45,070 nt of DNA from Parasitella parasitica NRRL 2501 (Eukaryota; Fungi; Mucoromycota), in assembly GCA_025201805.1 (NCBI GenBank), contig MU619419.1:1-45070 (forward strand). The letters are read 5' to 3'. The notes beneath the pieces are model-generated. The model had not been told where the DNA came from. It made no database searches and saw only the letters and a program-made list of their open reading frames with translations. Shown one piece after another: positions 24,804 through 40,263 of the stretch (its first letter is position 1; each line of letters starts with the position of its first letter). The position numbers and the translations under genes are program-made.

Positions 24804-27798
24804 ACCTGGTGATTGGCGATGTCTGATCTTATAGCCAAGCCAGACTTGTTTCGCATCATGGCCATGTCCTTTTCTTTTTGCGTATCTGCTAATTGGGATT
24901 GCAAGAGGGTGATCTTTTCATCAAACTTTTTACGCATAAATGTGAATTCAGTTTCTGACTTCTCCAGATGAGATACCAGCTCTTCCTTGACCTTGATATC
25001 AGACTGGATTTGGTGGAGCATGCGCGACAGCTGCGAGTTGTATCTGCTTTGGTGCTCGTTGGTGATGGCGGTTGCATTGCTTCTGATGGAGATAATGTCA
25101 TCATCAAACTCTTCTGCTTCAGCAAGAGAGGACCCAGGTGCAGCAGCGTGCTCATCATTTTCCCAAGTAGGCACAGCCTAAATAGAAATGCATACATACA
25201 TCAGCAAATAGCACTTGAGCAACCCCTTGAAAAAAAAAAACTTACCAAAGGCTCAATCTCGTGAATATAATCATCAGTAGGGGAAGGCGGAAGCGAGAAT
25301 CTGCCTTCATCAGATGGAGCTCTCTGCATTTCCCTACAGCCATGCAAGCGTTTTTCCTCCGCTTCGAAAGCCTAATGACAACAAGATATTTTAGTTGTTT
25401 TTTTTAAGGGGTCATGTAAAATAAACATTACCTTTAATTCCTCTTCCCAAGAGTTTGCAGTGTCGTCCAAAGGCTATTATTTTTTAGGTCAATATCGGCG
25501 TCAAGGGTGTGTGAAGCGAGAGAGAAAGAAAAGCCCTTACCTTGACTAGCTCCAGAACCTGTAGGCTTTTTCTGATATCTGCACGAACTTTGGCAATGCT
25601 CTCCTTGACCTCCTCATGTCGTACATCATCTTCTTGAAGATCATTTACATAGCCTTCATCTTCGTCCTCATCAACGCTGCCTCGTCGATATGGCTGTTTG
25701 ATTCGAACATGTTTTTTCTGACGATTACTATTTCGTGAGTTTGTGCTAGTGCTTTTAGTAAGAATAGGGCGCCTTGCGGTTACTTTAGTTGTAATTCTGG
25801 CTGCATAACCATTTGTCGTAGTAGCACTTGAATTAGCACTGCGAAAGCCCTTTTTCTTTTGGCTGGAGCTGGTTGAAAATCGTTGCAGCATGCTGCTGGT
25901 TCTTTGTAGTTGCAAGTGTTGTGATTCTGAGCGCTGTAATTTGTCCTTGGTAGTCTGCAATTCGGTTGTCAATGTTTGAATTGTGGACAGGTACTTTTCA
26001 ATGATAGGATGCGTCTTGATTTTTCTAGTGGTGCCGATATTCTCCAGCAGGTCATCGTCGTCCATGCTTTCGCTCTGCATGAATTCGCCTAGCTCACGCT
26101 CCATCAGTAGAGTGTCTCGCTCACTGGTCACTTGCATAATACAACTAGACATTTCGTTTATTTTTTCACGAAGTCTTGAAGCTTCGTCCAATTGACCGGT
26201 ATGGCTAACGCTTGTGGTGGAATGTGAGCCATCCGATGCACGAAGAGATGAAATTTCCATGCGTAAGCGTGACACCAGTGCTTTGAGCTGATTGACTTCC
26301 ATGGACGAGCCTGCAAAATCTTGGTTCACTGTAACTCGGTTTTTAATATTCCTAGCACGATTAGCGTATTTCAAAGTATTTAGGGTCTCCATGAAGTTAG
26401 TGTCTGCTGGAGACACACATGCCAACATGAGCGTCTGACTGTTTCCGCCTAATGAATCTTGAAGCAATCGAGTTAATTTGCTGTCTCGATATGGTATATG
26501 TGTTGCTCGTCTCGTTTCATCGCCTAGTGCTGAAATGACGTTTCCTAATGCTAGCAAACCAGAATTAATGGCTATCCCTTCTTTGGCTCTGTCGCCTTGA
26601 GCATGTGTTCGTTTCAACTGGCTTGGTTTAGTATTCGGCATCCTCTTTTATCGGACAAATCAGACTTACTCGTTCAGAACCTGCTAAATCGACAAAATGA
26701 AATTTACTTGTTAGTGATTTCGTCACTCGCTTGCCACCTTCCTCATCTTCAGGCTTTTGCTGCTTTAAGATTACGGAAAAGATGGCATGCGAGCGAGACG
26801 ATACGGAATTCATTTCTGTTGATCCCGTTGTGCGACCTAGAGAGCCTTGTGCGAGGAACCTATAAGACATAATGAAAACCTCATGATTAGTCGTTCGTTC
26901 GAATAGACTATGTGTATGTCATTTAGTACCCTAGCAGCTCTTCGGGGCTATAGCAGAGCTCTTCTTTCACTCCACTCCAGTAGATGTTTCCAGCGACGTC
27001 TTCTCTTATAGAAACTTCATTGGAGCTATTCGTTGTTGTCGCATTCACGTTCTGCGGTAATGTTGTCGATCTTCGTTTTGATTGTTGTGGGTTGTTTAGT
27101 AGATCAATAAATTCTTCGTTGTATAACTCCAAAAAGGACACAAAGACCTCGCATTTGTAGTCCTGATCTTGTGCTTCTCGAGCTTTTAATATTTGAAATA
27201 ATTCAATAATACAGCGAGGCACAATGCCTGTTATTTAGGGTTAAAAAAAAGGGGCAAGGATTAACAAAGGGGTAGGGATCCAAACGAACCTTCATTTTCA
27301 GCACTGACACTGTTATCTAAGCTTGTGCCCATACTAAATGTTTTTCCGGATCCAGTTTGGCTATATTATCAGAATGCATGAGAAAAGAGAGACAGAGAAT
27401 GTACGTTAAAAATGCGCGCAATACCCGTAAGCCAATATAGTGGCATTGAACCTATTTTGATGTATTTTTATTTTGTCAATACGGCACTAATCAGCATTAT
27501 CATCAGCAGAGAACGTTACCCATCAATGAATTTATGTAAAAGAGGAGAGGCAGCGTTTAAATAGACCTGCGCTTGGTCTGCATTTGTATCAAATACGTAA
27601 TCGTATGTGAATGATTTATCGGTTCCAATCAATATTTGTGGTTCGCCTGGTATAAACGAAAGACATTCTGTGCAATTATTGATCTGTTCTTTCTCCGTTA
27701 AAGGTCTCACACGTAATCCAACTCTGCAATATTCAGTTAATGTCTTGTATAGAACGATTGAAATTACATTAAATCTACCTAACTGCTGTTGAAGTCAT
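22424..27798 (-). CDS. Kinesin-4 family motor (KIF4/KIF21/KIF27-like), multi-exon
   Basis: [107 protein letters not shown], followed by long coiled coils. Confidence 0.92.
24746..24802 (-). repeat. CAG/CAA microsatellite encoding a 19-Gln tract in the kinesin stalk
   Basis: Run of ttg/ctg triplets on the + strand; a shorter polyQ lies at ~22460-22486. Confidence 0.9.
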
Positions 27799-28270
27799 GT
27801 TTGTACAACTTTATAATAAATTAAAGAAAGTAAAAGGAAGAAAGAAAGAACCAAGAAAAAAAAAGGGGGGAAAAGACTTGATGTAAGATTTGAGAACATC
27901 CAAGTCGAAGGTAACACATACAACTTTTTGCCTGACTGTCGTACTTTTAAAGAAACACTGTATTTATGTTTTCGCATACATAAATAGGTTCCTCATATGC
28001 CTTGAATGCTAAAATAAACCCTTTCAAAATCGGGGGCAAGTTGTACACCTTATCGTAACTTTTCACTGCTGAATATTCAGTTCAAAAAATCAAGTTAAAA
28101 GTTAACCAAGCATCTCAATTTTAAATAGTTCATTGATTGCATAAATTAATATGCTTGGCGCTATCTGCAGAGATTTTTGTATACAAATGCCAATTTTAAA
28201 GTGCAATAAGAGCAAATCTTTCATTTAGCATCTAGTCTTTGCATGCGATTCCCTGGTCGTATTATACAAA

Positions 28271-28280
28271 NNNNNNNNNN
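28271..28280. other. Assembly gap (10 N) beside a poly-A run
   Basis: N run in the sequence. Confidence 0.99.
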
Positions 28281-28313
<33 letters not shown>

Positions 28314-28806
28314 CATGCAAGCTTTCAAAATATAATAATATGCCAGGCTCAGTGTGCTCAAAGCAATTATATGGCACACTCACTTTACGGGGTTATGGCA
28401 ATTATAATATAGACTTGGGCATAGATACATACTATGAAAACCAAGCATTATTTTGCGACTAATCCTACCATTTGCAAACATATTTTTTTTACTGAAGCCC
28501 AGTCAGCCTCAGATAGCATGCTGGATGTTATGTGCGCTTAGACTAACCATATCGTTTAGATAGAGCAAACTATTGTACAGCCTTATCGATTCATTGATTA
28601 TGGTAATAAAACAAGCCACACCATGCCAAGCGTTTGCATCGTTTGCCCACCTTGTGTTCAGACACAAAGGAGTCAAAAGATTATGGTTAAAAAAAAAAAT
28701 GAAATCCCTCAGAGAATAAGGCACAAATGTCATTCACCGCTTTGATGATACATCTGTCGCAAATTCAAGTCCTTGAGCTATTACAACTGCAACTTGTTTG
28801 AAATCT

Positions 28807-29097
28807 TTACTGTGAGCGTATACTAGACCAATCGTCGCAAGTTGGCTTTTCACTGGTTGAGAATGCTGGCGATTGTTGCAGTATATCGGTGTCACCAATA
28901 CGGTGATGTACTCATTGAGAGCGATTTTTTGCGGCCTTGGTTTGGTTGTCTGCGTCGAAAACGACTTGGACATGATCACCAGGTTTTTAGTCAATGCCAA
29001 ACTTACTCTCGTCGATCCTAACTTCTTGTCAAGTCAGATACACAATGTCCTCAAGGCATTGAAGGCTTTTGCAGCAACAATTACCTTGTGCGGACAT
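28807..29097 (-). CDS. Candidate micro-exon gene encoding a 22-35 aa peptide (not in ORF track)
   Basis: TATA ~50 bp upstream and aaaATGtcc context. Exons 29097-29085, 29017-29007 and 28949-28912, with donors GTAATT, GTAAGT and GTACAT and acceptors TAG/CAG. Introns are 46-67 nt. Confidence 0.45.
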
Positions 29098-29307
29098 TTT
29101 TTAAAATGCGTTCAAAAAAATTGATGAGTGGATATTTTCATCTCCTGTATATATATGCCCCTCTAGCAAAAGGATGGTTGATAGCAGCAAACACCTGTGA
29201 CCTTAACCTCAGCCATTGAACTGGCATATAAATACCTCTTTCTTTCCAGATATCATTTATTATAATACAAAAAAAAATTTGGGTAAATCAAGCTGGCAAA
29301 AGACAGG

Positions 29308-30351
29308 TTAATCATCGTCATCGTCAACGTTGGAATGTTGAGTCTTTTTTCTTTTCGCTTTTTTGCCCATTTGGATCTTCAAGATTTCCAACTTTCTCTT
29401 TTCGGCACCCTTAATAGCCTTCTCATTTTCAGCATCCATTACTTCTTTTCGAACAAACATGTATCGTTTGGGATCCGATGAGATGATTTCCGCATTGGCC
29501 CCTTTGCTCAATCCTTCTTTAAAGCCCAGAGTACGACGATGCTCATAACCTGGAAAGTCATCAGTGTAGAATGGTGCTGTACCACGCACTGCCAATACAC
29601 CCTTTGCCTTTACTAAGCTCTTGATGCCCCATAGATTGTATGGTGTACATGTCTTCATGGTGACATGTATTTCTCCATCAGGGATAGGGTCTTGTTCGGT
29701 GTGTCGTCTTTCGGCTATTTTGTCTGGAATCTCGTCTTTACCCGCCGTTGTTAAGAGAGGTTCGGCAGCGTCAAAGAATCCGTTCAATAGTTTTTGGTTT
29801 TCAATAATGTTACGATCTTGATCCTTAATACCAAGGCCTGTGCGTTGTATTAGAAAACAGATCAGATACAATTCGCTCACTACTTTACCTGCATGAGGAA
29901 AGTTGAATACAATCTTTGTGTATTTATTCTTCTTGGCCTCCTTTGGCATATCGGTACCATCTACTTCAAACAACACAGTGCCACCGTATTCACGCACAAT
30001 TTCTATATTTTCCTTGGCTTCGTCCCCATATTTTTCGTATAGTACTTTTTCCGAATCAAAGCATGTAGCTGTCAAATTATCGGCACCTGCGTCTAGATAA
30101 TTTTCGCACAAGGAGCGAGCAAATGAAAAATTACCCTCACCAATCAACAAAATCTTGTCTTGAGAGCTGTATTGAGGACGAACACGGGTTCTTTCAACAA
30201 CGTTTGTTTTAGGCTTTACCTGGTTCCTTTTAGCCTTCTCAAGATTGCTGGCGTGTGCATTGGCTTTAAGTTCTTGGACTCTTCTTTTTTCATTCTTCTC
30301 TAGCAAACGACCAAGTGCATTTGCTAACTTTTTTCTCTTTAATTTTCCCAT
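29308..30351 (-). CDS. BMT5: 25S rRNA (uridine-N3) methyltransferase Bmt5 / DUF2431 family
   Basis: ILLIGEGNFSFARSL, TATCFDS, FEVDGT, IVFNFPHAG..IKDQDRNI..NQKLL..FF, PYNLWGIK and FPGYEHRRTLG. In-frame 51-nt intron at 29838-29888. Confidence 0.9.
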   Translation of the reverse strand: MGKLKRKKLANALGRLLEKNEKRRVQELKANAHASNLEKAKRNQVKPKTNVVERTRVRPQYSSQDKILLIGEGNFSFARSLCENYLDAGADNLTATCFDSEKVLYEKYGDEAKENIEIVREYGGTVLFEVDGTDMPKEAKKNKYTKIVFNFPHAGKVVSELYLICFLIQRTGLGIKDQDRNIIENQKLLNGFFDAAEPLLTTAGKDEIPDKIAERRHTEQDPIPDGEIHVTMKTCTPYNLWGIKSLVKAKGVLAVRGTAPFYTDDFPGYEHRRTLGFKEGLSKGANAEIISSDPKRYMFVRKEVMDAENEKAIKGAEKRKLEILKIQMGKKAKRKKTQHSNVDDDDD

Positions 30352-30424
30352 GTTTCAGAATTGTCGTAAAAGAAGAACAGTATAATGTTGAAATGACCGT
30401 TGGCATGAAATTAGATGTAGAAAT

Positions 30425-30584
30425 NNNNNNNNNNNNNNNNNNNNNNNNNNNNNNNNNNNNNNNNNNNNNNNNNNNNNNNNNNNNNNNNNNNNNNNNNNNN
30501 NNNNNNNNNNNNNNNNNNNNNNNNNNNNNNNNNNNNNNNNNNNNNNNNNNNNNNNNNNNNNNNNNNNNNNNNNNNNNNNNNNNN
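30425..30584. other. Assembly gap (160 N)
   Basis: N run that interrupts the last visible TBCD intron. Confidence 0.99.
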
Positions 30585-30645
30585 AAAAAAAAAAAAACCA
30601 CAGATCAGCATGAAAAAGAGACGCTGCTTTATAAAGCTTATTTAC

Positions 30646-34712
<4,067 letters not shown>

Positions 34713-34867
34713 TGCTGAATGAGTGAAATAAAAAAGGCGATTGTTTCTGCGTTTTGTTTGAAGGGGGTTACTGAAGGCTGTTGCTTCTGACAATTAAACA
34801 ACCGCATGTGTATAAAATACATCCTCTTTTGCAGGTCGCAGGAGGAACACAAACTCTTCTTTTTTAC

Positions 34868-36181
34868 ATGATATTAAACCACGAGAAGACTATACCGTTT
34901 TGTTCTTTTTTTGACTTGCCTAGAGCAGCTATTATCAGAGATACACCGTCAGTAAGACTGAGAAAAGCTGCAAAAGGTACGGACGTTGGCAAGACATTCG
35001 TTGGAATTCACTGACACTATTTTAACAGAGGGTAATATAGCTGCTGTAAAGCGTTTGTTACGAAAAGTCTCGAATATACAGAATCCTGACCCTGAAACAG
35101 GATGGTAAAATATTGGCCATTTGACTGAATTGATCTTAACATTGAAGTATAGCACAACGCTTATGTATGCAACACAATACGGCCATGTTGACCTTGTTGA
35201 ACTACTATTGGAATTAGGGCACGAAGAGGAGGTTATATCAGTTGTATGTAGTCTGTCGTTTTAATTCTCAGAGAATATTTATACATTTAACAGGACAATG
35301 AAGGAATCACCGTGCTCATGATTGCTGCCATGTTTAATCATGAAGAAGTCAGTGCAGACTCGAGACTATAAAACCACATCAGTCACTCACTGCTTTAATA
35401 GATTTTCTTTCTCTATGTTAGTAAATATCCAGAATGTATTCATGCTATCAGCAAAACCGGATGGACGACACTGTTATATGCAGCACAAAATGGAAACGCA
35501 AACCTTGTTAGTGTGAGTGAACGTAATTTGGAGCTATTCAGTATGGAAAAACTGAAAGATTTGAAAGTATCTATTATCTATATCAGCAGATTTTGATCAT
35601 GTCGATAATTTAGGCAATTCGGCTCTGCATTACGCATCAGCTTGGGGACACATTACGGTGATGGACTTATTGGTTGTATGTGTGATTTTACCTGTTTCAC
35701 TATACCTAAATACTAACTTGATCTACAGTCGGAGGGGTGCAATGTGGATCTTGAAAACGACGAGCATGCGACACCATACGATTATGCCTATAGCACAGCA
35801 GTTCAAGAACATTTAAAAGAAATATCGCAAATACCTTTTAATGATGATTCTACGTTAAGTGTATCATCATCACAGCGCCAACAAAGCTCGATCAATGCAC
35901 CGTATTCCTCGTCTTTTTCGAGTGGAATTCATCTGGGACTAACATCGATGGCCATCTCTCGAGGACAGTCCTATGCTGGTAATGAGAGCCCAGTGCCTCG
36001 AGCATCCACCTCTTCTTCGTCTATTATACCCGGAGGTGGTCCATTAACGGCATCTTCGAGCCCTCGTGGATCTCATTATCAACAACATCCTATTGGAAGC
36101 CCTTCTTCTTCTTTTAGTGAATTAGAAAGACGACGAGCAAGCAGTTTTAGTGATGCAAAGCAAAAGGGATACAGACCTTGA
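34868..36181 (+). CDS. AVO2: Ankyrin-repeat protein, Avo2-like (TORC2 subunit)
   Basis: Spliced reading PSVRLRKAAKEGNIAAVKRLL...NPDPETG.TTLMYA...GH...LELGHEEEVISVDNEG...GNSALHYASAWGH resembles the yeast Avo2 N-terminus (PSVRLREAIIEGNLLIVKRLL). Ser-rich tail. Start codon uncertain. Confidence 0.7.
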
Positions 36182-36769
36182 ATCACTAATGATTTAATAA
36201 ATAATGTGAAAACATTACCTTTGACGTGAAATATCGTAATACCACTTCGCGCGCACAAAATATAAATCTTTTCCTTATTGAATTTGGTTACTTTTATTGA
36301 AAATACATATGATGAAGACGGAAGAAGATCATCAGCTTGCGAAAACCTTTTCAGTTATAAAACCTCACACAAGCAAAGGGACTACAGTACATCAATATGT
36401 TTGTGGAACACATTCAACAAAAGATAAAAGACAATTGTCAACATATCATTCCTACACTCAGATCGATTAAATGCATATATCTATCAATTCAAATGGCTCC
36501 AATGAAAAAAAAAAAAAAACTTTGACACTGAATGCTTATTTTGAACAAAAAAAATATTGGAAGTTGCGAGCACATATAAAAGCGTTTCAGTTATAATTTC
36601 CCAAATAACGCAAAATATTACAGAGCTGAGCCGGATAGAAACGTTTAAATAGCTTCTTTTTCCTGTATTTGGAGCACTAATCTTATTTCATCAAACCATT
36701 TGAATCCAAACGGTGTTCGTTTTGGCAGCTCTGCAATTTACAATGTTGTAGACAAGTTTCACATCGCTT

Positions 36770-38253
36770 CCCTCAGTTCGTCAAAAGTGTATAAACCCTC
36801 TATTTTTAAATATAATAAACGGACCTATACTATCAAATTTTATTTAAAAACCAAGAACTTCCGTATAGGCACGTACATAAAATATTGCTTCGTATTTTGG
36901 ATCCGTTTTGCTGTTATTGTTTTCTACATTCTTTATCATAACTGATGCACCTACAGGGAAAGGTTTTTCCAGTATTTTTCGTCTTTTCATGAAATACGCA
37001 TTATCAGCTTTTTGTGTGCGAACAATTTGCTCATGAATAGCAGGTACAGTAAATCTTGACTATTTTTTTGATCTTGTTCTTTAATGCTTTTACATCAAAT
37101 TTGACTTCAGGTAAGCAAAGCTTTTATTTAGAACGGTATAATTTTTGAGTTTATTAGACTATCTTGCAAACATAACTACAAATGTGTTATACCATACCAT
37201 GTAATCCTCATTAATGTAAATTTTAACTGTAGGCTATTCCGTCAAAATACAAATCCCAATTCTCTGCACAACCATCGAGCATTTTAATAATAATTGCTTT
37301 AGCTGATTTTACTGCTGCTTCACAGACTGAATTTCCTGATGGCATATATGGCAATGACAAACGTTGCTCAATGCCTGCATTTGCTGCAATGTTTTCAAGT
37401 AACGCTGAAGAAAATTCTTTTCCATTATCATGAGACAGTATACGTCCATACCCGAACAAGCTAAAGATGGAGACGATCTCCTTTGCCACTGTGGCTGCTG
37501 CTTTGTTGGGTAATGCTCTCAAAACAATAAATCTGGAAAAGAGATCCATTGCAACAAAAATAAAATTGTTGCCTATAGGAGTAGTTACGTCAAAGGTGCC
37601 TAAGTCAAATACCCAATGATCGCCTACTGATTTAGCAGTATGATTCTTTGGTGGATGAAATACATGTTTTCCTAGGTTGAATACTCTGCATTTACTGCAA
37701 TTCTTTACATATTGCTCGATGTCTTTTCTTAGACCCTTCCAATGCATTTGGTATTCCTCATGTATAACTTGTTCCACTGCTGAAATACCATAATTCCTAG
37801 TAAATGCCATTTTTCTAACACTTCTTTCTTTTGCCCCTCATTTTCAGGTGTTTCGTATATGTCTAAATGAAATGCATAAATAAATAAATCCTTTTCTTTG
37901 TTGCTTTCATCGAGATGATCAGGATGTTCTTTAGCCTCTTGTTTACTTGCACCTGTGTGTTCTGTGCTATTTTGAGTCGTAATTACAGGAGTAACATTAT
38001 TTTCTTTGCTGGATTCATTCAACCTTTGTTTCTTAACATTATCATTCTCTGTCTTCTGATCAGCTGGTTCAATTGCATCCATTAATCGTTTTATAGCTGT
38101 AGCTCTTCTAGCGAGAGAAGCACACCCCTCCAGTTTCTTTGTATCAGTGACAAAGATGCGAGAGAGACAATCAGCAAATATATTAGCAATACCGCTGGTA
38201 TATGTGATGTCAAAATCAACTTCAAAAATAGTTTCATAAAAGTTTATCATCAA
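36770..38253 (-). pseudogene. Ty3/gypsy pol remnant: RNase H C-terminus, H2C2 zinc finger and integrase core
   Basis: FDITYTSGIANIFADCLSR, HWKGLRKDIEQYVKNCSKC, and DDE core DLG...AMDLFSRF...SHDNGKEF...GNSVCE. Frameshift near 37795 and downstream stops. Confidence 0.9.
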
Positions 38254-38543
38254 TGAAGATGGTGGTTACAGCATTGAGATCGGAGACCAAATTCGTAAGA
38301 GTGCCTTTGCACAAAAGAAGAGATTGGAAGTAATCCCATGGGACAATTCCTGAAACTCCATTGCAAATCTGTCGTAAGGTCAACAAACAAAACAATTTTT
38401 TTTAAGATTTAAATGTAAAAAACTACAGAAAAATTGCGACGAGTCGAGTGCTGTAAATATGGAGCGTTTCGACATTTATCTATGCAAAGAACTAATCAAC
38501 GGAAGTGGAAATCTGTCGGATTTATCTGGATCTAGGGCAGAAT

Positions 38544-38724
38544 TGTTGAATCAAAAAAGATAATGAAAACCAAATGTTAACGAGATACGAAAACTTAAAG
38601 ATACTTTATTTAAGATCGAAATTGCATCTGCTATTTATACTTTTTACAACTACATAAATTTTTGTTGACTTATTTTAAATATTAATCGATACTAAGATAT
38701 TAGAGTAATTTGCAAGCAACATCA
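38544..38724 (-). mobile_element. LTR (family A), second copy, upstream of the pol remnant
   Basis: Reverse complement aligns to 1-190. Both copies are followed by a similar gcc(c)t(c)agatcc(c)ag internal sequence. Confidence 0.75.
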
Positions 38725-38740
38725 TATCCTTAACAGGGTA

Positions 38741-39021
38741 TGTCTGGCTTACTCATATGAGATTTATCTTTGACAAGACCATCATTCATCCAGCAGCGAT
38801 ACTGACCACTATCCGATCCAATGTTCGACAGACCATTGAGGAAGATAAATGTCGGTCTCTCCGGTAGTCTTTTACTTTATTTTTTATCGTTTCGTGTTTT
38901 ATCTTATTCGCTTTTCAATTCATATTTTTATTATCCTTTAGATTGCACCCACCTCTTCCCTATAACTATTTACTCTTTGGATACGTGGCTCAATCAATAA
39001 ACAAATTTTTTTTAAAAAAAA
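38741..39021 (+). mobile_element. 5'-truncated non-LTR (LINE) insertion
   Basis: Flanked by a 10-bp direct repeat TAACAGGGTA (38731-38740 and 39022-39031). Contains an ORF tail VWLTHMRFIFDKT...SLR*, a T-rich 3' UTR, AATAAA and an A-tail. Confidence 0.8.
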
Positions 39022-39376
39022 TAACAGGGTACGATGTATTATTATACTACAAGGCTATAGATCTTCGATCTGGCAGTACCTGATTGTTTGTCAATCATAC
39101 AGATCTGCTTTATAGGTAACCTTCTTGATTTGAAACAAAGACTTTATTCTCCTGTTTTGACAATTATAACAACACATCATTGGATAATCTCCAATCTTTA
39201 ATTGAAGTACATTATTATGATCTCCTATCCTACATTATGGCATATCAATAGGTTTTATTATCAAATCGACAGGTGTATAAAGCTCCATTTCATCTAATGG
39301 CCAGTTAGATGAACTTTTGTATACTTAAACTATGGATAAACTTTCTTCTCTCGCATTTTAACATGTACGACAATAC

Positions 39377-40263
39377 TGTGAAATTAGCATCTTAACTTTG
39401 TGCTAACCAACATATCAGCAGAATAAAGATCTTCTATACAAAGATTATCAATATCGCTCCATAAGCGTATATCATTTCTAGTCTCGTCTAATCCAGTCTA
39501 TAATAATAGTAAATGTCTGAGTGTATATCACTTGGTATATTCATCTCAGCATTATCGGTATACGTGGCATGTCTATAACACGCCATGAGCATATCTGTAA
39601 CATCGCACATATTGTACAAGTCTGTAGTATATAATCCATCTGTAGCAAGTATCATGAACATAAGTATATGTCTTCTAGTGAGTATTATCAAAAAAATGGG
39701 AATACGCATCTGAAGCATAGATCTTATATGGCATAAGCTCGTAGCACAAACTAAATCTAGTAAATGTCTAAGGCTCGTGTCTTGTGCCAAAAAGACATGA
39801 GATTAAGCAATTATTAGATTGGTAATTCTTTGTATACAATGACAAGGAATAAGCTATTAATGTACAATAGAACATGTAATAAACTTGGTATTACATACCA
39901 AGTTCAATGTTTAACCATGATGACAAATAGTATTCAATAGATATAATCTAGTATAAAAAGATGGCATTTTCTTAGCAATAAAGTCATTAGTTTTTGTGTC
40001 TAATTTTATTTTTATAAAGTTATACATTTTTTTGAGCAGATCATATTTATATATCCTCTGCGCATAACATCGGGTCGAGATATAGGTATAAGTCTATATA
40101 GCGTAATCTATCCTAATGGTGCCATCTCTAGCATAAATCGTATATAGTATAAATCTGTATTGTACATCTTATTAACTGCGTACAGATGTCGTCTATATCA
40201 ACTTAAGGTAACTGGATGAATCTAGAAGTGCAATGCAGATCATAATAGTGAATGTATTTCACA
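39377..40263. mobile_element. Possible large solo LTR (~887 bp)
   Basis: Inverted termini TGTGAAAT...ATTTCACA, non-coding, and terminal sequence loosely like the 16174 element. No matching TSD. Confidence 0.35.

Noticed and set aside
22749-26195. Several + strand ORFs of 60-114 aa overlapping the kinesin gene
   Set aside because: Antisense shadows of a long coding exon with no motifs. The same applies to antisense ORFs over GDA1, RRB1, BMT5 and TBCD.
28807-29097. The 35-aa form of the micro-gene superficially resembles Amanita MSDIN cyclic-peptide precursors (MS....TR..P-core-P..DD)
   Set aside because: The leader is not MSDIN, the putative core is charged, and no prolyl oligopeptidase is nearby. 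The similarity is within chance for such a short sequence.
38731-39031. TAACAGGGTA matches part of the I-SceI homing endonuclease site
   Set aside because: Only about 10-11 of 18 bp match; it is explained as a LINE target-site duplication.
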